Shown here piece after piece: positions 29,131-42,110 of a stretch of DNA of 64,000 nucleotides. Made by a program: the position numbers and the translations under genes. The stretch is taken from NCBI GenBank assembly GCA_030141605.1, contig JAQGDQ010000238.1:1-64000 (forward strand), read 5' to 3'. Source of the stretch: Tubiluchus corallicola. Lineage: Eukaryota; Animalia; Priapulida. A model generated the notes under the pieces. That model searched no databases. It was not told where the DNA came from and was given only the letters and a program-made list of their open reading frames with translations. The stretch's first letter is position 1. Each line of letters starts with the position of its first letter.

Positions 29131-29389
29131 TTTATAGTGCAGTTATGTTGTGTGGCAGGTGCTACGCGCACTCCCAGCGCCATGTGAAGGATTTCTACTT
29201 ACCGTTCCCACGGGCCAGCCGCTTGTCCATCATGTGAACTACTCCCAGGGTTGCTTGTTTTCTTACTTTTATGTTCGGTGGAGGGCGGTGAGCACTTGGG
29301 AACCGGGTTATGCCAGGGATACTTTTCAATATTGGTGAAGGAAAATAATGCTTCGCTCGTGTGCTCCGGTGAGCTATGAAGTTCCCACG
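29131..29389 (-). promoter_or_regulatory. HesC proximal promoter: TATA box, proneural E-box, two Su(H)/CSL sites
   Basis: TATAAA (minus) 29131-29136; GCAGGTG 29155-29161; TTCCCACG at 29205-29212 and 29382-29389, each with only a degenerate partner 16 bp away. Confidence 0.6.
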
Positions 29390-32300
29390 AAGTATAGACC
29401 ATGGGACCTTTGTTCAAAACCGTACAGTCGTTGCAACTGATTCTAATTATTTGTTCGAGTTTGTTTGAAGGTGTATAAGTAGCAGTTAAAACAATTAATA
29501 TTATATGTAATTTGATTACTGCCTTTCTATTTTTAATTAAAAAACCAACCATCCTGTACACTACTATCGCTACATCTGGCATTTTGCTGAAAACCCCTAT
29601 ACTGTAATCCAGCCTACCATTTCATAACTATAGTTCGTTCTTACCAGGCCTAAACTGTTATCGGTATAGCTTTCTATTGACGTTTTTAACGCGTATCCCC
29701 CCGTAAGACTCGTACTTTGATGGCAAGCGCCATGTACGCAAACTATTTTTTAATACCAACACATGACGACAAGTCGATAAAATCGATAGTCAATCAGCTC
29801 GTAGGTATTGGAAAAGAAAGCATAGTTGAATCAACACCATTCCGCTGAGGAGGCAAAACGGAGATGACGCTAAAACTCGAGTTGGACGCTAAATAAAACA
29901 TCCAGTTTACCCACTAAAATTACAGACCCTGAGAAATATAACTTATGACTTATACAACATATTATACCACAAATTAAATATTAACCATAAATGTCCAAAG
30001 AGCGCTAGCGGCTGTCCAAGATGACGCCTGTGTGCATCTTGCGGGTCCCAAATTCAGAGTCCCATGTTGTGTTTGCAGAATAACTTCGCGACGATTTATC
30101 GGGTTTTTATAAAGTTAGCACCATAAAATGTCCAATCGAATTCGTAATCAGTAATTTATTCTTTGTTTATTCAGAAGTTCAATAAGTGTTTGTAAAATTG
30201 TTCACAGATATAAGTGAACAAAGTTTGCAAATGCCGCTCGGGTAATCTGATTTTGGACCCTAACTGACACAGGACCCATCTTGGCCAGGGTTCATTACAA
30301 TTAAATAACTTTCCTCTTTTGGCGTTATTTTATTATCATTAATCGATAGTTTAATGATCATTAATCCAAAAAATTTCAAAAAGCTGAAATATTTGCTGTG
30401 AAACAAAAAGTAGGTTTTTGGATTGTTGATTTTGTCGCAACCCTGAAGAACACATCTTCACTGCATATTAATAGAAACGTTATAATCCTGCAACTAATTT
30501 AATTTAGATTCATTAAGAAGAACTTTTGTTGTGTTTGACTGATGTTATAAACATTATTCTTTAGTCTTGGCTCTATAGCATTCAAATTTCTATCCTGCTG
30601 ATAGGGGCTTTCATACACAACTAAAACTATTAAAACCTGATTTACAAACCTGATTCTAATGAGATGCAATAATGGTTTACACTTTCGCGTTTTACATTTT
30701 TGTTCCTTTCCTATTCTTAACAGTTCAACTAAGAATGAGGAAGACTCTGAAAAACTGTGAATACACCAGCATTCGAGCTCAGAACCTCGTGGTATCAAGC
30801 CACGCGCTTTATCCATTTCAGCTAGCAACCCACATGGCTAACTATTACACACAAATAAACTGCGTTCATTTAAAAAATTCTGATTCTTTTATAGTTATCC
30901 GTGCAAACGTACATGTATGCGCTTATGAGCTTTTTGTATTACATGTACGTTATAGCATGTGGTACTTTTACATCGTTTTATAGCGCAACGCATTAGTTCT
31001 TATATATTTTTATCTGTTGCAGTTGTTGTTTTTATTCAGTGCAACTTGATCATTGCATTTGTCTTTGTTGAATCATATTGCAAAATTTCATCATCCATAC
31101 CAAAATTAAAATATCAATGTTATTTATGATTAACGTACAGAATTATCGTAAGTTTCTGTAGACTGCATTCTTAGAATTTTGAAAATGCAATTATTCTTTG
31201 TGATTTTTGTGACTGAGATCTCTTTCAGAAATGATTGAGGAATTTTAAGCGTCTTAATTAAAGTGATAATTTTAGTAATTAATTAAATTAATAACTCATT
31301 CGTCTATAAACTTGATAAAATCGTTCAGAAGATACCTCGACGGCTCGGCTTGCATTAATTTTTTCGCTACAATTTTTTGGCGTTTTTGCACGTATAGTTC
31401 GCATAGTATTAAAACAGGATTAGACTACAAAAAGGACTGGACTACAAGTAAGACTACTCTAATTGCAAAAATACTAATTTAATACCTGAGGCTATAAGCG
31501 CACTGATATTGATCACACCGTTCGTAAAACATGAAATTGCGAGTTAAAGAAAATCAATAAAAATAAAGAGAAAAACGTCACATGATTCACACGGTATGGA
31601 CAAGATTTTTTGGCTTGTTGAGAAAACAATCTCTGGCTTTCACGCACTTTTAAAGGATAAGAAGTTTAATCGAGTTTAATCATTATACTGCGCGAATTTT
31701 TTTGTGCAATTGTAGAGCGACTACTGCTACTTAACCTATTAGACTAACCTCATATTATTTGAGATGTTTCAGATGTATACAGGCTTATTGGGCCTCCAGT
31801 ATTATACTTTTCGTTTAAATGCTTAAATATTCATACGGTAATACGTGCAGCCTAATTCCTTGTTTGACAAACCCTTCATTTACTAGTGTCTAGTAGATAA
31901 TTAGTACCTTTACTCAGTGAAGAATAAACTTGAGTGAAACACTTAGGCTTGGAAAAATTCTTAGACGTGTATTCAGTACACGTTTTGACGTTCTAAAAAC
32001 ACATTAAATTATGTTGATTTGCAAATACCTAGAATGCGAGATGCATGAACAGACAGTCAATGGTACATGCCATATTTTGTGACATAATTAAAATCTAGGC
32101 GCATCATACCACAATTTTTTGTAGTTTTTTTGTAATTCACTTAGCCTACCAGGTAACTTGATGGCATTTGGTCTGATATTGCAAATGTAGGCCTACTAAA
32201 ATAAATTATAAATGATTTATTGACGATCAGCGCACTGCAGTTTTACAGTTCATTACAATGCAAAAAACTACACAGAATCCCGCACATGGGGTATAATCCT

Positions 32301-34071
32301 TATACAACACAATAATATTAATAAACGGTATGTGCAATAGCTAAATGTCATAATTATATTATATTAAGTTATGTTACAAAATTTATTCCATTTTCAAAGT
32401 TCCAGACTCCAGTACACAGCAAGTTTTAGAATTGCAATTACAATTTTCTACAAATTATATGCAAAAATTGTTTAATATTCATCAGCCAGATGATACCGCC
32501 GCATAAACAGGTGTGCAAATCAACAAACACACTGAAATGCGTTCAGGTATGAGACAGATAATTGACCTATAAGGTGAACTGAGTGAATTCGCGTGGCGTA
32601 AGTCTACGTTCCCACGCTATAAATATACCTGCGACGCGAGCATTCCAGCGTTCAGGTGAGTCTGTCTACCTGAACCTCCTCCGATGTGCATGGCCGATTT
32701 TTGACAACCCTGAAGGGCGCCTCATGTCGTATTACTAGGGTGTTATTGAGGATGCGCAGGGTGACACAACAAAGGTCTTGCTCAATAACACCCTCTAAAT
32801 CCTGGATCCGCAGCGGAAATAAACCAAAACATTGATTTGTAAACGATCATGGTTTTAATTCTCTTAACGGTTCAACAAATTCGTTAGTCATTTTCTACTA
32901 ATGCTGGTTCACTACTTACGCATGTGTAACTGTGTTAATAATTTGGATTAATTCTGTAATCTATTTTCTCTATTAATTTATTTTTGAACCCGGGTTTAAG
33001 TTTATCTAACAAGTGTATTGAAAAAGTTTAGCTCAATGATGAGTGATGATCGTAGTAGTATAGATGTAATTTTAAAACAAAAATTATTCCTTTTTCTCTG
33101 CCTCACACACATGCACGCACGCACACACACACATACACACGCGCACACACTCTCTCGCCCTGTCTGTTCCTTTCATTCCCCTTTCTCTTGCCTCCCGTAA
33201 ACCACTCATAACAAATACTTTAAAAGAGGTACTTGCTGCTACTTTAAACGACCGTTTATTGGAAAATAATATTAATATTATATATTTTAATTAAATAAAA
33301 TTTCACAATCACGAACCGTGAACAACAAATAATAGCAAGTTGTAAGCTGGTTGTGTAATAAACTTTGATATGTGACTTGTACACAGTATAATCCAAAGTG
33401 AAAAAAAAACATTAAAATCAATGCAGAAATTTGAATCCAAAATGTAAAGTCCTATACAATGATTTCACTATTAGAATTTGGAAATTATTGCACTTATCTT
33501 GACGCTGACATTCTAATCACAAAAAGCTAATTAAACAAGACGATAATTATAAGAGAGGAAAACAATATTATTTTATACAATTGTTTTGATTTTGGTGACA
33601 ATAAGTTTTCGCAAAATAAGGAGCAGTCTGGAGGACAATGCTGCTTGTTTGGATGACATCTAGGGTGGATTGATAGCTGATTTACGATCTTTCTGGCTTC
33701 TTCATTTCATTTTGCAACTGATCAACGCCACCATTTCTCGATTCCAAAATCAACTTCTTCAACTGCAAGTAAAAGAAATATATTGCAGTACACTATTGCT
33801 TTAATATAATACTAAGTTAAACAAATTGGAAACTTGAGCAAAATGCTGTATAATTTAAATTTAAAAGCATTTTTAGACATGGACATTTTCAGTGTTTTTC
33901 CAAAACATTTTGGGCTTTGTGTGTCCAGTTGTTACAAAAGCATAACTCACAAAAAGTGAGTTTTTTCTACATTATCTTTTTCCTTTTTAACAAGTAAGAA
34001 GAGACAATGCTTACCAGAAAAAATGTCAGCCCAGACTTTTCATGTCACCTTCATTGATGGCTGATGGCGTG

Positions 34072-34179
34072 GTGATGCTGACCTTCCGTAACTGGTCATT
34101 GACGCTTCCATTGATGCTGACCTTCCGATACTGGTCTTTGGCGCTTCCATTGATGCTGACCTTCTGTAACCGGTCTTTG
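34072..34179. repeat. 39-bp tandem repeat (~2.8 copies) in the HesA 3'UTR
   Basis: Minus-strand unit caaagaccggttacagaaggtcagcatcaatggaagcgc; absent from HesB. Confidence 0.85.
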
Positions 34180-34256
34180 AACGCACCATTTTACATCAGG
34201 ACTTACGTCTTTGGTGTCATTGACGATCAGGAACTGTTCTTGACTGCATCTTCCCG

Positions 34257-34757
34257 TTACCATGGACGCCAAACTGCCTTGTTTTCTTCCTTCATAACTG
34301 GACTAATTTGCGTTTGATCTGGGATGAAACAGGTGATCGGACGAGTGTTCTCTTGTTGCTGCAGAGGTGATGGTTTCAACTTTGATGCTGCTACAACTGA
34401 TAAGTGATTCATCATACGAAAATGAAGAGACGAATCTACTCCTCCAATGTAATGTGACACCGCTGTTGCACATTCAGAGAATCCAGCTCTGTATCTGTCG
34501 TTATTTCCCAATGATTGACCACCTCGTACGCTCTTCATGTATTTGACGGTCATCTCCAGTATATCAGCCTTCTCCAGTTTGGAATAAAGTGATGGATCCT
34601 TGTTCATTCCTTGAAGTACCAGCAGTTTTAGCTCGTCCAAACATGTATTGATTCTATCCCGCCGTTTCTTCTCTATGATAGGTTTAAGAATCTTCCTCTG
34701 ATATTTCTTGTCCATATGCATGGTTCCATAATAAAGTCCAGTGTTAATAGCAGGCAT
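34257..34757 (-). CDS. HES: Hes bHLH-Orange repressor, intronless CDS (HesA), 166 aa, WRPW
   Basis: RKILKPIIEKKRRDRINTCLDELK...SKLEKADILEMTVKYM (proline-type bHLH), Orange YRAGFSECATAVSHY...MMNHL, C-terminal VWRPW*. Confidence 0.96.
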   Translation of the reverse strand: MPAINTGLYYGTMHMDKKYQRKILKPIIEKKRRDRINTCLDELKLLVLQGMNKDPSLYSKLEKADILEMTVKYMKSVRGGQSLGNNDRYRAGFSECATAVSHYIGGVDSSLHFRMMNHLSVVAASKLKPSPLQQQENTRPITCFIPDQTQISPVMKEENKAVWRPW

Positions 34758-34850
34758 ATTGATCTACCAAATAAACAAGTTCCAAGCAAACGATACGTTA
34801 GCACGTGTAATGGATTGCTAAGTGATGGAACGCACTTCCATACTGAGGAA

Positions 34851-35029
34851 TTTATAATGGCAGACGCCAGGTGTGCCATACGCTCAACTCGTGTGAAAGA
34901 TTAGAATAGCCAACTTCTCACGGATCGTTCGACCAATCACCTGGCCGTGCTATTATCTGTCTCCACCAGTCTGTAAAATGTAAATAAATTCAGACTCGTG
35001 CGACTTTCCTGTAGTGAGAGGTTCCCACG
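34851..35029 (-). promoter_or_regulatory. HesA promoter: TATA, two Su(H) paired sites, CCAAT, E-boxes
   Basis: TATAAA ~34851-34856; CGTGTGAA-N17-TTCTCACG 34890-34922; CGTGCGAC-N17-TTCCCACG 34997-35029; CCAAT and CACCTG ~34933-34943. Confidence 0.8.
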
Positions 35030-35469
35030 CTCAGGAACTACAATCTGTGACAGGTAAATAAACGAAGTGTTTGTTCGAATCGAACAGAGCATAACCGAAA
35101 CTCGTGGCAAGGTTGTGAAGCTTTCTTGCATATCATAAACTGTATAGGCGTTTGCATTGCCATACAAGCTGTGTGAAAATACCTGTATACAGCTGAATCA
35201 AAAACTCTATCAAAGATATTTAGTTTAACATAACAATCATAAATTTTTATCAGCTCGTATAGATCTGTCTCAACCTTAGCAGTTCGACCTCATTATGAAT
35301 AGTAAACGATAATACCTTTTAAATAAAATAAATAAAAATCTCGGTGCTCTTGTTCTTTATTTTCGGGATTTAGAATTAGAAATTGTTCAATTTTATTAGA
35401 ATTCCAAAGCGAATAGCAAGTTCAGTAAATTGGTATATTTAATTTTTATGGTGATTTTATGAAAACACT

Positions 35470-35470
<1 letters not shown>

Positions 35471-35508
<38 letters not shown>

Positions 35509-35607
35509 ATAATAATAACAATAACAATAACAATAACAATAACAATAACAATAACAATAACAATAACAATAACAATAACAATAATAATAATAATAATAAT
35601 AATAATA
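35471..35607. repeat. Compound microsatellite (TAC)n(ATAACA)n(AAT)n
   Basis: Direct inspection. Confidence 0.95.
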
Positions 35608-38033
35608 CAAAAACTGCTAGAGCTGTGTTAAGAAGTTTTCCATTTTCCTTGGTTCTGTTATAAATAGGTTCCTCTCATTATCCATCATTTAATATAGGCT
35701 AATATAAATTTCTTGAAAGAGATTGTTACTGTTGGCTGTCGTACATCTCACAGTAATGAATTTAACTTCTTATTTACCTGTATTTTTAGAAATGTTTCTC
35801 TCCCGCTCATTACGTGTTTTTTTTAGTTTTTGGTTTGGTTTTGTGCTCATGATTACGAATAAACATATTACGCGTGGTTTACTTAAGATTTGATTTCGCC
35901 GACCCTGGTAAAATAAGCTAACAAATTTTCCTGGGCGAAGCAATGTGAGTTCTGATGCTTCCATTTTTGAAAAGTAACGTTGAAAATATCACTGAAATGG
36001 CACTTCCTGTTCACTACGTCACGATTTCACGAACATTGAATATTGTTTATGATGGTTACTTGGTCACTGTGGTTTATTCAATATAGTTTACAAATTTTCT
36101 TGTGACGGTCAATTAAAATTATAATAAAGTGAGCAGGCTTCACAATTACACATCAAAACGATCAAATGTCGGTATGTTTTTTAATTTTAACCTACGAACA
36201 CACACACAAAACAATAGGCGCTTAAATGTAAGGAGTTCACTCCTTGGAATGTTACAGAAAGCAAACATCTTAAAAAATAAACTTTTCTGAATAAACAAGT
36301 ATGAAGCCAAAGCCAAATTAATGGTATTAATTTAATTTAATCTGCATGTTGAGTTAACTTGAATTTTGTTTAATTATGGCAGATGATTATCGATTTTAAT
36401 CAATCGCTTATTGATGCCTGTTGATCTTTATGATAGGCTACTACATGAAACTGCTAAAATTGTGATAAAATCGTCGCTTGTTCTTTCTTTGAAATTTTAC
36501 ACGAATCCCGACCTTAGTTTAATGTTTTACAAGTGTTGCATGGATCAGCGAGCACATAAAAAGGTTAAAGTTGCGATATACTTAAACTCTGTTAAATTTC
36601 GTTTTAGCAGTGCACGAGGATAGGTCATCATTCCTTCCCACCTTCTACACTGATCTCTTGTAAATCTAAGAACAATTTTTGAGGCAATGCGACTGGGCTT
36701 ATAGAATCTACATGGCTAAGCAAATTATAAAGACCTACAAATTAAGTTATAGAAATTTTCAATTATTCTATTTTATAAAATTAAATTAATTAGTATAATT
36801 ATTTTTTTATTAACTTAAAGTGTTGGACCAGTATTGCACGTCATAAGCATTAGTAATCAATTCCTTCCCTTTGGTTTGTTTCAATGTTTCGCTTTTTAAG
36901 CTCATAGAGTACTCGTGGCTCCACCTGTAGATTAAAAAAGGATGCGTGTAGCCGTAAATAAGAATGTATAATGTTTTCTTACTGCTATAACGATGTTTTC
37001 TTACCGCTATAACGATGTTTTCTTACTGCTATTTTCGCCGCACTATGAGCGTATCTCTCTTTTTGTCAGGCTCTGCACTCAAGCTAAATTAAATCCATAA
37101 TTTTACACTGAACTACTATCAGGATTTTTCTTTTGAAAACGTGGCTTTCCGTTGTAATATAATTTCCCTGAATAGATTAGTTTTAAAAAAATGTGGCATT
37201 AGAAAAATCGCGAGCATTAACGATTCATTTTGCATACAGAATGGATACAAAAAGTAAACCTTTTTAAAACGTCAGCGAGTGCAGAGGGTCAACTACAGTC
37301 AACGTCTTAGTATTTACTATGAATTTTTACTAAGAAAGTCCAAAAAAACATTTTATGCTTGATTTTGTATCGATCCCATAAAAGTAAAAAAAACTAGTGA
37401 TTAGTATGATTGCATTTCTTTACTGTATTGATATTGCCTTTTTTATGGTACTGATGCGTGTATTAGCATGATTGTTTACATTCTGCAAGGGAAAACTTAT
37501 ATGCAGTCAACGGCAACGCTTACTTAATGGCAGCGCCGAAATCTAGATGATTATTAATCGCGTTTTCTATAAACAGATGCACTAACAAGGACGTAGTGTA
37601 GCACATTGCTTCGCATTTATAAATTTTATTAGCTATAGGATGCATCTTTGTCCGAGTAGCATTGCTTATCCTTTGCCTTTCCATTACCATCCTTCTTTTT
37701 CGTCCCTCTTTACCTCCCTCTTTACCAGCTAGTCGAAACGTTTGGCATGATTTAAGTTTTAACTTTTTAATGTGAAAGTTTTATTAAGGTTGTGCTGTTT
37801 AAACTATAAATGTTTTTTATGTGTCTGTAATAAAGGATTGGTTTTATCATATTCACTGCGTCCACAAGGTACATTTACGCAGATGGCCATTTGTTCAAAT
37901 ATACTAGAACAGCATTTGGTAAAAGTTCAAGCTAAGCTTTTAAGATGACCAGTATATACCGCATCCCATATTCAAAATAAAAATAATTGTAGTACCATCA
38001 ATAATACCGTGGCTTCATTTTGAAAACTATATT

Positions 38034-38210
<177 letters not shown>

Positions 38211-38399
38211 GCCAAGTATTCATATAATTATTATAGTCATTAATTACAAAGTATCAGTCAAAACAAATATATGTACAAGATGGCACGTAGCACATTACCA
38301 AACAAAAAAATACATAAAACACTGATATATGTCATAAACCCAAGTTCACGTACACATCCAACACACTAAAATTTATAACAAAATTAACAATCCAATTTT

Positions 38400-38990
38400 T
38401 TAAATACAAAGTTCTGTAGCTTCCTTCTATTTACAAAACATTTTTTTTAGGTTACAAACAATTGTTACTATTTCTAGATCCTTGCTCCTTACCAAAAACA
38501 AATATTTGTCAATATTGTTCAAATTAGTAAATCAGGACATATGCTTGAGATTTTAGTGAAAGCTATCTGTCAATTTTATATTTATCGCAGTTTAGAAAAT
38601 GTTGCTCATTTTCAATATCTTACTCTTTGCAATATATGCATACTCGTTGATTAAAAGGAAGCTTTTTTGGGTTATGATGCCTTCCTGTTTCAATAGCTGG
38701 TATGTGAAATAATTACGTAACCTCGATAATACATTACGATAGTATCATTTGGTAAAAGCACAAGCAAAGTTTTAAGACGACGTGTATGCATCGTATAGTG
38801 TGCTCCAACTAATTAATGCTAATTAATTTGGAATAACTATGCATTGCACAATTGAGCTGTAGGCCTATAATACATTGTGCATTTATTTTGATTAGTAATG
38901 ATTGATGAGTTGATGCAAATTGTAGAAAAAACTCTCCAGAATCTTTGAATTTTGAATCCGTTAAGCAACAGTGTTTATGAATTATACCCT
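38400..38990 (-). mobile_element. Decayed non-LTR retrotransposon 3' fragment
   Basis: Minus-strand ETGRHHNPKKLPFNQRVCIYCKE*DIENEQHF..C resembles the IETGR...RxCxxC...EDExHF..C C-terminal zinc region of L2/CR1-group ORF2. Confidence 0.6.
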
Positions 38991-40089
38991 CCACGCGGAT
39001 CCCACTCCAGTTGTATAGGACAGAGAAAGGTTAAGCATTCTAGGAAGTTAGGCTTATTTCAATGTTGGCGATAAACGTTAGTAATAAACGTGTGATAAGT
39101 GAATCGTACAATTAGCAAAAGCACTTTAATCCTTATCGTTTTAACGCTTGGAAGCTCCCATTTTGAACGCCCATTCTTCCACAAATGAACGTACAAATGA
39201 TGTCGTTCATTTACTGAAGAAGAGCAGCGCACTGTTAATTTCCGTCAAAGGTATGGTAAGTTTTTACGAAAACTTATATAGCTAATTTTGTGATATTTTT
39301 GCATGATCATTTAGTAAGCTGCAGAAATTTGAATTAGTTTAAGCAGCGCGCGCTTAAGAAAATCCACGATGCCTTTATCAAACGTCACGAAGTCCAACAG
39401 TTAGGTCATAATTTTCAAGTGAGTAGCGGCTATCACTACTCCTGAAAATTTCTATTCAGCGGTAGTATATTTTAAATTTGTGGTTTATAGACAGCTTTTT
39501 TCAAATTTATTTGTTGTATTTTTCTAAATTTTAGTGACAACAGTAAAATAAATCCAACATTCTAAGTGACTTGTCCTTTCCTTACGTTTGCATTTCCCAG
39601 TTTGGGCGTTTGCTGTGTAAATTCAGATAGTCAAGCTTAACCATGCAGCTCTGCAAAACCTGTATTTCTAGGGCGAAATAAGCGTAGGTGACAGTTTCAA
39701 AATAAGCTGAGTGAATTTCTTTCCAATGTGTTTTCAATGAGTACATGTTCAGTTATTACAGGTTTAGCATTCAGAGCCACCAAGCTCCGTACCATTTGCA
39801 ATTCTTGCTTGGTATGATCCTTAGCGGTATTGAAACGTAAAATATGGGCATCCAAATGTGTGGATACGGTCGTAGTTACTAGGCCAGCACAAACCTATAC
39901 ACACAAACGAATAGTTTGATGTGTGCATGTTGTTAGTCATAGATGAACATAATAACCTAAGAGCTGTATTACCAAAAAATTTATGTGTTGTTTGTGAACT
40001 ATTTTATTGTGATTTTATTTAAGCACGACGTACTGTGCTAATTTATTAGTAGATATTATATCATTGTTGATACAAGCAAAGACCACGTG

Positions 40090-41060
40090 ATGTCGTCGTA
40101 AGTTAGTTTTGCAGCTTATCACAAGTTCTTTCTTTTACTTTTTATTTTTACATTATTACTATATTAAATCTTTTACTACACCATTACTCATTTTATGTCA
40201 TTACTGCTTAAATGTTTTTATCATGTTCTGTTTACCAGTAAAGTAAATTTCTTTAAGGCATTGGCCAAAAATGTTCAAAATAGAAATAATTCTAATAGCT
40301 TCAATAATGCCATCGCTTCATTTTTGAAAACCATATTCCAGAGAGAGGGGGGAGGGACGTACCGAATATCCATATAATTATTACATAAAATAAAACGATA
40401 AAACTGCTGGCTTTCATGGCTAAAGGATCAGGCTCCAACCACCTGTACATGTATAGCCTTTAAGTTTACATGTATGGCTACCGTGAAATGAACTACCGGT
40501 CACCTAGCCCCATAGTTGCAAACTTGCAAGAGCGTCGCAAGGGTAAAGCTAGTAATGATTTCAGATTCTTTTTTACTTCTTTCTACTACACTAAATCCTA
40601 TGCGTCCATGATATCAACAAAAGCTTTCAATTATTATAGGCTCATACATGCTTAACGCTGTGTGGTCACACAGGCTCTTGTCGTAAGGGGCAAAGTCGAG
40701 GTAATATTGTTTGTGAATACTGCCAAAAACCCATATGCGCAATGTACGTATACACAACAAAACAAAACAGCCAGTAGTTTCACGAATTTTTATATTTCTA
40801 GTCTTTTCAAGAAAAAGGAAGACGATAAAGAAAAGGAGAAAACCAAGGACAAAGAAAAGGACAAGGGCAAAGAAAAGGACAAGGGCAAAGAAAAGGACAA
40901 GGACAAAAAAGAAGTCAAGGAGAAAAGCGGCAAAGATAAAAAGAAGAAAGAGGAAAAAGGAGACGGCGAAAAGAAAAAGAAAAAGAAAAAGAAGGAAGGG
41001 GAAGAATCTAAAGGCAGTGGAAGCGGCAGTAGTAGTTCTAGTAGTTCAGACTCCGATTGA
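40090..41060 (+). CDS. Small Lys/Glu/Asp-rich intrinsically disordered protein, ~88 aa, C-terminal poly-Ser-DSD
   Basis: Micro coding exon ATG TCG TC|GTAAGT (40090-40097) joins in phase 2 to acceptor TTTCTAG|T at 40802, giving MSSLFKKKEDDKEKEK...GDGEKKKKKKKKEGEESKGSGSGSSSSSSSDSD*. Mixed Ser codons (AGT/TCT/TCA/TCC/AGC); AATAAA ~41503; candidate non-coding first-exon donors at 39251/39256. Confidence 0.65.
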
Positions 41061-41829
41061 CGGAATGAATATTTTATACATCACGCAAATCTACGTGCCT
41101 ATAAGTGACTCCTAGCAAACAATATGAGAATACATAATTGTTATAGTGGGAAGTAGCTTTAAACAATGTCAGTTACAACAACACAAAAATCAGATCGTTA
41201 ATCGCCGATAACTATTGTGATCTTGTTTGTTGAAGCATGCTACTACTCCTTACTACTTGTATCTACTTGCATGCTTTTGTCATATAGTGAAACGTTATAG
41301 TAACTAATTATGTAAACTTTATTAATTTTAAGTAGATTAACATATAGCAATATTACTGTATGTTAATCCACTTAAAATAAATAGCTTAAATAATTAATTA
41401 CAATAATGTTGTTACTATTAGCTACTATAAAGCTACTACAATTTAGTAACTAATTATTTCTTGCCTGGTTGTTCTTTTGAAAATCCCAAATGTCTTTTCA
41501 GCAATAAAGAATTTTTACAATATAAATGGAAGCTGAAAGATGAATTGTTGATTTTAAGTAAAGTTTTAAATCCTCACTTTAGTTCGAAAATGTAAATTCT
41601 CTTATTTTGAATTACCAAATTTTGCCTTCCATAATTTGCTATAGAATATACTACATTTTAACTGTTTTCATGTTTCAGTAATAGTGAGCAATATGTAATA
41701 AAATGAGAAATATGTAATCCTTATATGGCGTATTTGACATTCTGCGCTATATTTTGTCATTTATTTTTGCCATTTTGTCAATTTTGTAAATACAATGGAA
41801 ACTGGGCTATGCATTTTCATTCTGAATCG

Positions 41830-42110
41830 AGAGAACAGCGGCGTGGCAATGGCGTGTCCTGCTGGGATAAAAGTTAAACAACATCGGAATTGATCAGTAA
41901 ATGGATAGGTGACTGCCAGGCTTATTGATCATTCTAGGCATTTTATTTGCCACGCTGCCTTCGGGCTAGGTTGTTAGTCTAGTAGAGAATGAGAGCGAAT
42001 AACTGAACTTGGTTAAGACACCTCTACTGCCTCAATGTCGCATTTTAGGGGTGATCCTTGATCGGCAATTGATAATGAGATTGAGTGCCGGTCCTACCAC
42101 AAGATTATGA
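41830..42110 (+). mobile_element. 5S-derived SINE relic
   Basis: aaagttaaacaacatcggaattgatcagtaaatggataggtgactgcc resembles the 5S internal control region; body shared with 17820-18060. Confidence 0.5.

Noticed and set aside
29181-29389. Full SPS elements at the HesC promoter
   Set aside because: The partner half-sites (CATGTGAA, CGTGTGCT) are off-consensus with 16-bp spacing; counted only as single CSL sites.
40735-41115. Protamine-like Arg/Lys-rich ORF in the alternative frame
   Set aside because: By-product of the purine-rich K/E/D codons; it starts inside the predicted intron, and the phase-2 splice and Ser codon pattern support the other frame.
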